DNA of 24,000 bases from Tomitella biformata AHU 1821. GTDB taxonomy: Bacteria > Actinomycetota > Actinomycetes > Mycobacteriales > Mycobacteriaceae. How positions within the stretch are numbered: the first letter of the stretch is position 1; every line of letters starts with the position of its first letter. The position numbers were made by a program, and so were the translations under genes. The stretch covers positions 101,962 to 125,961 of the forward strand of contig NZ_BAVQ01000023.1 in the NCBI RefSeq assembly GCF_000524475.1, written 5' to 3'. Of the stretch, positions 18,068 to 24,000 are shown one piece after another. The notes beneath the pieces were generated by a model. It made no database searches. It saw only the letters and a program-made list of their open reading frames with translations, and was not told the DNA's origin.

Positions 18068-19900
18068 GGGGGCCCACTCGGGGCCGGTCTCGCCCAGCTC
18101 CGGCTCCAGCTTCGCGAACAGCGGGGTGGGCTTCTGCAGGGCCGCGCCGACCTTGAGGTCGGTGCGCGCCCACGTGGCCTTCTCCGACGCGTAGTCGCCC
18201 ATCAGCACCGGGTAGATGCGCCCCTCGTCAGGCAATCCGTGCCCGACGGGGCCGATCGGCAGCTCGCTCGAAACCAGGTCCTCGACCATGCGGACCTCGG
18301 GCTGCGCCGCCCAGATGCCGGTGTTGCCCAGCGCCTCGTGCACCTTCTGCGCAGAGTGCGGCAGGAACGGGGTGAACATCGAGTTGGCGTCCGAGACCAC
18401 CTGCAGCGAGGTGTGCAGGACGGTCGCCAGGCGGTCGGCCTGCTCCGGGTCCTTGGCCAGCTTCCACGGCTCGGTGTCCGAGATGTACTTATTCGCCGCC
18501 GTCACCACGCGCATGACCTCCCCCGCCGCCGCGCGGAAGCGGCTGCGGGCCAGGTGCGCGCCGACGGTGTCGAAGGCCGCTTCGGCGGTGCGCAGCAGCG
18601 TCGCGTCGGCCTCGGTGATGGTGCCCGGGCGCGGGACCTCGCCGAAGTTCTTATGCGCCATCGAGACCGTGCGGTTGACGAGGTTGCCCCACTCGTTGGC
18701 CAACTCGAAGTTGGTGCGCCGGACAAACTCGTCCCAGGTGAAGTCGGTGTCCTGAGTCTCCGGGCCGCCGACGGAGATGAAGTAGCGCAGCGCGTCGGGC
18801 CCGAACTCCTTGAGGAAGTCGCGGACGTAGATCACGGTGCCGCGGCTGGTGGAGAACTTGGACCCGCTCATCGTCAGGAACTCGGAGGAGACCACCTCCG
18901 TGGGCAGGTTCAGCTGGCCCAGCGCGCCGGCCTCGCCGCCATGGGCGCCCATGCCCTTATAGGCCAGCAGCTCTGAGGGCCAGATCTGCGAGTGGAACGT
19001 GATGTTGTCCTTGCCCATGAAGTAGTGGCTCACGGCCTCGGGGTTGGTCCACCACTCGCGCCACGCCTCGGGATTGCCGCTGCGCATCGCCCACTCCATC
19101 GACGCGGACAGGTAACCGATGACGGCGTCGAACCACACGTAGAGCTTCTTGTCGGGGCGGCCCGACCAGCCCTCGAGGGGAATCGGGATGCCCCAGTCGA
19201 TGTCGCGGCTCATCGCGCGCGGGCGCATGTCGTCAATCAGGTTGAGGCTGAAGCGCAGCACGTTCGGACGCCAATCGGTGCGGCCCTTGAGCCAGTCGCC
19301 GAGGCTGTCCGCGAGCGCGGGCAGGTCCAGGAAGAAGTGCTCGGTCTCGACAAACTTGGGGGTCTCGCCGTTGATCTTGCTGCGCGGGTTGATCAGGTCG
19401 GCGGGGTCGAGCTGGTTGCCGCAGTTGTCGCACTGGTCGCCGCGTGCGCCGTCCGCGCCGCAGATGGGGCAGGTGCCCTCGACAAAGCGGTCCGGCAGGG
19501 TGCGGCCCGTGGAGGGGCTGATGGCGCCCGTCGTGATCTTCGGGACCAGGTAGCCGTTCTTATGCAGCGTGCGGAAGAGCTCCTGCACGACGGCGAAGTG
19601 GTTGCGCGTCGTGGTGCGGGTGAACAGGTCGTAGCTCAGGCCCAGGCCCTGCAGGTCGTCGACGATGACGCGGTTGTAGCGGTCCGCGAGCTCCATCGGG
19701 CTCACGCCCTCCGCGTCGGCCTGGACCAGGATGGGCGTGCCGTGCTCGTCGGTGCCGGACACCATCAGCACGTTGTTGCCCGCCATGCGCTGGTAGCGCG
19801 AGAACACGTCGGAGGGGACTCCGAAGCCGGAAACGTGGCCGATATGCCGAGGTCCGTTGGCGTATGGCCAGGCAACCGCGGTGAGCACAGAGGAAGACAT
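18056..19900 (-). CDS. metG: Methionine--tRNA ligase
   Basis: [25 protein letters not shown] (HIGH-type motif), zinc knuckle [18 protein letters not shown], and a KMSKS-like [12 protein letters not shown] 19900 is used. The track ORF extends to 20092, but that extension is non-homologous. Confidence 0.9.
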   Translation of the reverse strand: MSSSVLTAVAWPYANGPRHIGHVSGFGVPSDVFSRYQRMAGNNVLMVSGTDEHGTPILVQADAEGVSPMELADRYNRVIVDDLQGLGLSYDLFTRTTTRNHFAVVQELFRTLHKNGYLVPKITTGAISPSTGRTLPDRFVEGTCPICGADGARGDQCDNCGNQLDPADLINPRSKINGETPKFVETEHFFLDLPALADSLGDWLKGRTDWRPNVLRFSLNLIDDMRPRAMSRDIDWGIPIPLEGWSGRPDKKLYVWFDAVIGYLSASMEWAMRSGNPEAWREWWTNPEAVSHYFMGKDNITFHSQIWPSELLAYKGMGAHGGEAGALGQLNLPTEVVSSEFLTMSGSKFSTSRGTVIYVRDFLKEFGPDALRYFISVGGPETQDTDFTWDEFVRRTNFELANEWGNLVNRTVSMAHKNFGEVPRPGTITEADATLLRTAEAAFDTVGAHLARSRFRAAAGEVMRVVTAANKYISDTEPWKLAKDPEQADRLATVLHTSLQVVSDANSMFTPFLPHSAQKVHEALGNTGIWAAQPEVRMVEDLVSSELPIGPVGHGLPDEGRIYPVLMGDYASEKATWARTDLKVGAALQKPTPLFAKLEPELGETGPEWAPVNK

Positions 19901-19996
19901 GGCCCACAGCCTATTGCCTACGTCAGATAAAACTGTCAGAGCCTCCCCGCATACTCGCCCCGACCGAGAAAATCGCAAGCACTTGCTAATGGATGG
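19901..19996. promoter_or_regulatory. Divergent promoter region between metG and the DUF2786 gene
   Basis: The call is inferred from the divergent gene arrangement. The region contains the direct repeat GTCAGA-N7-GTCAGA (about 19922-19940) and the small palindrome GCAAG-CA-CTTGC (about 19975-19986). Confidence 0.3.
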
Positions 19997-21265
19997 GTGG
20001 CGATCATGTACCGAGACGGAGCACCGGACGCCGAGTGGGACGAGTTCCTCTTCAACGTGCGCAGCAAACACGGCGGCGCGCCTGGAGAGCACCGGAACAC
20101 TGGCCCGGCGGGCGGGCGCGGCTATGGTTTTCTCATGCTTAACGCACTATCCGACGCGTATGAACGCGGCTGGCAGCCCCTCGACGTCGTCCACGTGTCC
20201 GAGCGCCAGTCCGATCGCCGCGATGGCCCCTATGCGATCGTCGCCGTGCTGTTCCACGCACTGGTCGGCCAGGCCCGGGACCGGGCGCCCGACGATTGGG
20301 TAGAGCAGCTCGACGCGCTCGCCGAGCGCGAGCCCGGCACCGGCGAGACGGCCGAGCGGCTGTACCAGGAGGACCCCGACGGCGGCGGCCTCGAGGCGCA
20401 CCTGCTGATGCACGGTGTGGACACCGACGAGCTGGCGATGGTCTGGCGGCTCATGCCGCCAATGTCCCCACTGTGCGAGCGGCCCTCGGCCTGGCCGAAG
20501 TCCCGCAAGCGCCAGGCGCGGTCATCCGCTGCCACCCCGGGCTCCAGCGCCGAGGAGGCAAAGGCCCCCGACGCGAAGATCCTCGGCCGCATTCGCGGGT
20601 TGCTCGCCAAGGCCGAGTCGACGGATTTTCCCGAGGAGGCCGAGACCCTCACCGCGAAGGCACAGGAGCTGATCACCCGCTACGCCATCGACTCCGCACT
20701 GCTGCACCGCTTCGACACCGGCTACGACTACTCGATCCGGGGCAAGCGGGTGCACCTCGACAACCCGTATCTGAAGGAGAAGGTGCAGCTGCTCACGGAG
20801 ATCGGGCAGGTGAACTCCGTCCGCACGGTGTGGTCGGACAAGCTTGCCATCGCGACGATCGTCGGGGCCCCGGCCGATATGGAACAGGTCGAACTGCTCT
20901 ACACCTCCCTCCTCATCCAGGCCACGCGAGCGATGCAGTCCACCGAGTCACGCCACACCCCGCAGAGCACCGCCGCGTTCCGGCGCGCGTTCCTGCTGGG
21001 CTACGCGGTGCGGATTGGGCAGCGCATGCGCGAGGCCCGCGAGACCGCCACCGCAGAGACCGCCGCCGACGCCGGCGTGAGCATGGGCGAGCTGGTGCCC
21101 GTGCTCGCCGCCCGCACCGCCGCAGTGGACCTGGAGTTCAGCCGGCTGTTCCCACAGACAAAATCATCCAGGTCGCGGTCCGTGGACGCCGCGGGCTGGC
21201 ACGCCGGCTCCGCCGCAGCAGACCGGGCGCGGCTCGGCGTCGGCGGCCCAGGGATCGAGCGCTAG
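19997..21265 (+). CDS. DUF2786 domain-containing protein of unknown function
   Basis: [38 protein letters not shown] is the DUF2786 signature helix pair. G/C at codon position 3 is strong from about 19997 onward. The start is ambiguous between GTG 19997 and ATG 20006. Confidence 0.7.
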   Translation: MAIMYRDGAPDAEWDEFLFNVRSKHGGAPGEHRNTGPAGGRGYGFLMLNALSDAYERGWQPLDVVHVSERQSDRRDGPYAIVAVLFHALVGQARDRAPDDWVEQLDALAEREPGTGETAERLYQEDPDGGGLEAHLLMHGVDTDELAMVWRLMPPMSPLCERPSAWPKSRKRQARSSAATPGSSAEEAKAPDAKILGRIRGLLAKAESTDFPEEAETLTAKAQELITRYAIDSALLHRFDTGYDYSIRGKRVHLDNPYLKEKVQLLTEIGQVNSVRTVWSDKLAIATIVGAPADMEQVELLYTSLLIQATRAMQSTESRHTPQSTAAFRRAFLLGYAVRIGQRMREARETATAETAADAGVSMGELVPVLAARTAAVDLEFSRLFPQTKSSRSRSVDAAGWHAGSAAADRARLGVGGPGIER

Positions 21266-21288
21266 CGCGGTCGTGCCACGCTGGTCCG

Positions 21289-22530
21289 GTGCGAATCGAG
21301 CAATTGGGACCGGGCCTGCCGGCGGCTGACGTGCTGCGGAACCTCGCCCGCCGCGCCGCCGCCGACGGTCTCGCCCCGCCTGCCGCGCTGATTGGCGACT
21401 GGTTCGACTCCGCCGCGGTGCTCGCGCCCAGTGTCGACGTCCTCGAAGTTCCGCCCGCCGACGCCTTCAGTGCCGTGAGCAGCCCAGCCTCGGGCGCGCC
21501 CATTGTCGGCGGCGGCTGGATCGGGTACCTCGCGTATCCGGATCTGTCGAACGTGGACGAGTCCCCCCGCCGCATCCCCCAGGCCGCCGGCGGTTGGACC
21601 GACCACGTGCTGCGCCTGGACTCACACGGCTGCTGGTGGTTCGAGTCGCTCCTCGATGAGCCGTGCCCCGCTGCCCTGCTCAATGCCCTTACTGCGACTC
21701 CCCCGGCCAGCTCCTGGTCCATCGACTGGCAGGCGCCCAGCCGCGCGGATCACCGGGCCGCCGTGCTGGACTGCCTCGACAACATCGCCGCCGGTGAGAT
21801 CTACCAGGCCTGCGTGTGTACCGCCTATGCCGGCCGCGCCGCCGGATCGGCCATCGATTTCTTCGCGGACGCCGTCTCCCAGACCTCGCCCTCGCAGGCC
21901 GCCCTGATCGCCGGGGACTGGGGCGCGGTCGCCTCGATGTCGCCAGAGTTGTTCCTGCGCCGCCGCGGCGCGCAGGTGTGGTCGAGCCCCATCAAGGGCA
22001 CCTCGCCCATCGACTCCGACCCGGCCCTGCTGCGCGCCTCCATCAAGGACGTCGCGGAGAACGTGATGATCGTGGACCTGGCCCGCAACGACCTCGGCCG
22101 CGTCGCCGTCCCCGGATCCGTCACCGCCACAGAGCTCCTCGCCATCCGCCCGGCGCCTGCAGTCTGGCACCTGGTCTCCACGGTGACCGCACGCCTGCGG
22201 CCCGAGATCGACGACGCGGCCTTGATCGACGCAACCTTCCCGCCCGCATCCGTCACCGGCACCCCGAAGCACCGCGCCCGGCAGCTGCTCGCAGGCTGGG
22301 AATCGTCGAGCCGCGGGATCTATTGCGGTGCCGTGGGAATGGTCTCGCCGCTGGCCGGACTGCAGCTGAATGTGGCGATCCGCACGGTGGAGTTCGACTC
22401 GCTCGGCGGGGCCGTCCTCGGCATCGGCGGTGGCATCACCAGCGACTCCGACCCGGACGCGGAGTGGCAGGAGTGCCTGGACAAGGCGTCGAGCATTGTG
22501 GGGCTGCAACGGCCCGACTCCCGTGGTTGA
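21289..22530 (+). CDS. pabB: Aminodeoxychorismate synthase component I / chorismate-binding enzyme
   Basis: SMSPELFL, PIKGT, AENVMIVDLARNDLGRV, YCGAVG and GGGITSDSDPDAEWQE are chorismate-utilising enzyme motifs. GTG 21289 is the first in-frame start codon (ATG/GTG/TTG) found on reading the frame from the preceding gene's stop at 21265; nearby upstream codons show none. The track's 744-aa ORF from 20296 is an Arg/Pro-rich alternate-frame artefact over the DUF2786 gene. Confidence 0.8.
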   Translation: MRIEQLGPGLPAADVLRNLARRAAADGLAPPAALIGDWFDSAAVLAPSVDVLEVPPADAFSAVSSPASGAPIVGGGWIGYLAYPDLSNVDESPRRIPQAAGGWTDHVLRLDSHGCWWFESLLDEPCPAALLNALTATPPASSWSIDWQAPSRADHRAAVLDCLDNIAAGEIYQACVCTAYAGRAAGSAIDFFADAVSQTSPSQAALIAGDWGAVASMSPELFLRRRGAQVWSSPIKGTSPIDSDPALLRASIKDVAENVMIVDLARNDLGRVAVPGSVTATELLAIRPAPAVWHLVSTVTARLRPEIDDAALIDATFPPASVTGTPKHRARQLLAGWESSSRGIYCGAVGMVSPLAGLQLNVAIRTVEFDSLGGAVLGIGGGITSDSDPDAEWQECLDKASSIVGLQRPDSRG

Positions 22531-22685
22531 CGAAGTCGTTGGGGCAAGCTGGACAATATTCACCGCCTGGCTCGCCCGGAACCGCTGACAATGGCATTGC
22601 GGCCCTGACATAGTTGTGAATTGTGAGCCGGCCACCCAGCTGAGTTGGGGGACGGCAATAGACCGCACCTGCGAGGGGAAACTAT

Positions 22686-23552
22686 ATGAACACCGTGAAG
22701 CCTGTCGTCGTCGGCACCGATGGTTCCGCCCATGCTGAGCGCGCAGTCCAATGGGCAGCCCCGTATGCGGCACTGCACGACACACCGCTGCTCATCGCCA
22801 CGGCGACGAGCGTCCCAGTCGCATATGGGATGGACGCCGCACTGCCTCAGGAGTTGTTCGACGCGCTCCGGATCGACGGGCAACGACTGGTCACTGCGGC
22901 GGCCCACACTGCGGCGATGGCCGCCCCCGATGCGAATGTGCGGACCGAAATCGTGCTCGGAGCATCCGGCGCTGCCATGCTGAAGCTGGCCGAGAACGCG
23001 TCGACGCTGGTCGTTGGCGCGCGCGGCCACGGCAGTGTGGCGAGCGCCATCCTGGGCTCGGTGAGTTCGCTGGTGGTGCGGCACGCGCATTGCCCGGTGG
23101 TTGTCGTTGGCGAGGACGAGCCCGCGGCGACCGATAGCCCCGTCATCGTCGGTGTCGACGACTCGGCAAACAGCGACCCCGCGGTGGCCGCGGCGTTTCG
23201 GGAGGCGGCTGCGCGCGGCGCGACACTCGTCGCCGTGCACGCCTGGAGCGATGTCCCGGTTGCGGCCTTCCCCTCGATCCAGGTTCGCGACCGCTACGAC
23301 GAGGAGAAGGTGGCGGCAGAGGTGCTGACCAAGGGTCTAGCGCCCCTCCGGCGCGAGCACCCGAATGTCATCGTCGAGCAGGTGGTGGTGATGGACCAGC
23401 CGGACTCCGCGCTGGTGGACAAGTCGGCTGGTGCCGCGCTGGTGGTCGTCGGCAGCCGCGGCCGCGGCGGGGTCGCCGGCCTACTGCTCGGCTCGACCAG
23501 CCGCAAGGTGCTGCGGTCGGCAGCCTGCCCGGTGATGGTTGTCAAGAGCTGA
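22686..23552 (+). CDS. Universal stress protein, tandem USP domains
   Basis: Two USP modules: [19 protein letters not shown]...HCPVVVV and [12 protein letters not shown]...[40 protein letters not shown] lies 7 nt upstream of the ATG. Confidence 0.85.
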   Translation: MNTVKPVVVGTDGSAHAERAVQWAAPYAALHDTPLLIATATSVPVAYGMDAALPQELFDALRIDGQRLVTAAAHTAAMAAPDANVRTEIVLGASGAAMLKLAENASTLVVGARGHGSVASAILGSVSSLVVRHAHCPVVVVGEDEPAATDSPVIVGVDDSANSDPAVAAAFREAAARGATLVAVHAWSDVPVAAFPSIQVRDRYDEEKVAAEVLTKGLAPLRREHPNVIVEQVVVMDQPDSALVDKSAGAALVVVGSRGRGGVAGLLLGSTSRKVLRSAACPVMVVKS

Positions 23553-23750
23553 TGAGCACGCTCTACGGCGAAGCCCGACCGACCCGCTAATCAGCACCCG
23601 GCGGTTCCTCACCAAAAACCAACCGGTCTCTCCCGATGGCCGCACCCTGCTCAAAATCGGTGGCCGCTCCGGCGACGCCTTCTATCGCGACCGTTGGAAC
23701 CATGACAAGGTCGTGCGGTCCACCCACGGCGTGAACTGCACAGGCTCGTG
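23539..23750 (+). pseudogene. narG: Respiratory nitrate reductase alpha subunit (NarG) N-terminal fragment only
   Basis: The translation [51 protein letters not shown] matches the NarG N-terminus up to the first Fe-S Cys motif. Similarity stops abruptly at 23750, whereas NarG proteins exceed 1200 aa. The only in-frame start is TTG 23539. ATG 23552 overlaps the usp stop but is in another frame and terminates after 12 codons. Confidence 0.7.
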
Positions 23751-23978
23751 TATTGGAACGAGGGCAGCTACTTCGGCCCCGCGCCGTTCGTCAATGCGCA
23801 CCGCTTCATCTTCGATAGCCGCGACTACGGCGCCGCCGAGCGTCTCGACATCCTCAACGACGTCGATGGCGTGTGGCGCTGCCGCACCACCTTCAACTGC
23901 ACCGAGGCCTGCCCGCGCGGCAGCAAGATCACCCAGGCGATCGCCGATATCAAGCGCGCGTTGATGTTCGCGCGGTGA
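23751..23978 (+). pseudogene. sdhB: Succinate dehydrogenase/fumarate reductase iron-sulfur subunit (SdhB) C-terminal fragment only
   Basis: [75 protein letters not shown]-stop is the last ~75 aa of actinobacterial SdhB, including the final Cys cluster. The frame opens only after a stop at 23703-23705 and has no upstream SdhB sequence. Codon position 3 is almost all G/C. Confidence 0.7.
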
Positions 23979-24000
23979 TGCTCCACCGCTACCGCGCGGC

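Noticed and set aside
19901-20092. 64-codon N-terminal extension of metG. There are similar extensions for rplY (419-559), the aldehyde dehydrogenase (5206-5304), rpfB (16970-17014) and pth (1210-1254).
   Set aside because: The extensions have no similarity to the respective families. The internal starts used here are preceded by Shine-Dalgarno-like sequences for rplY, pth, the aldehyde dehydrogenase and rpfB, and for all five genes they coincide with the canonical family N-termini.
20296-21288. N-terminal 331 codons of the 744-aa ORF that runs into pabB.
   Set aside because: This stretch is an alternate frame over the DUF2786 gene and is extremely Arg/Pro/Gly-rich. PabB-like sequence begins only at VRIEQLGPG (GTG 21289), so it is treated as an artefactual extension.
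22613-22630. AATTGTGAGC matches the left half of E. coli lacO1, and TGTGA resembles a CRP/GlxR half-site.
   Set aside because: No matching right half-site (no TCACA, no palindromic partner) lies at the required spacing. A 10-nt half-site match is likely coincidental.
22640-22665. Possible DosR-type box (TTGGGGGACGGCAATAGACC) upstream of the usp gene.
   Set aside because: Only the left half resembles the GGGAC core. The right half lacks GTCCC, so it is not a credible palindromic DosR site.
23552-23590. 12-codon ORF ([12 protein letters not shown]) starting at the ATG that overlaps the usp stop.
   Set aside because: It is too short and has no supporting features. It may be the original narG start codon separated from the NarG-like frame by an indel, but this cannot be shown from the sequence alone.

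Overview
High-GC actinobacterial chromosome. The synteny metG-tatD-rpfB-rsmA(ksgA)-ispE plus pth/rplY is typical of Mycobacteriales and looks Corynebacterium-like, but the lineage call is inference only. About 90% of the window is coding and most of it is housekeeping. Plus strand, left part: SDR 3' end, rplY, pth, prfC. Central block of about 7.4 kb (3595-10969), which looks accessory: a DUF222/HNH nuclease gene, an aldehyde dehydrogenase, a complete NHEJ pair (three-domain ligD with its stop overlapping the ku start region), a gamma-carbonic-anhydrase-like gene and a decayed DUF559/Vsr-like endonuclease gene. Minus strand: a compact run metG, tatD, a 226-nt leader, then rpfB, rsmA, ispE, an ABC-F ATPase and an enoyl-CoA hydratase/3-hydroxyisobutyryl-CoA hydrolase-like gene. 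Right part, plus strand: a DUF2786 protein, pabB and a tandem-USP protein. At the extreme right, a NarG N-terminal fragment is joined out of frame to an SdhB C-terminal fragment. I found no tRNA, rRNA, CRISPR array, transposase or integrase. I could not identify a convincing new multi-gene system. The items most worth a second look are the narG::sdhB junction, the nuclease-bracketed NHEJ block, the long rpfB leader and a nested palindrome at 10987-11044. The many long antisense and alternate-frame ORFs in the track are high-GC shadow ORFs.
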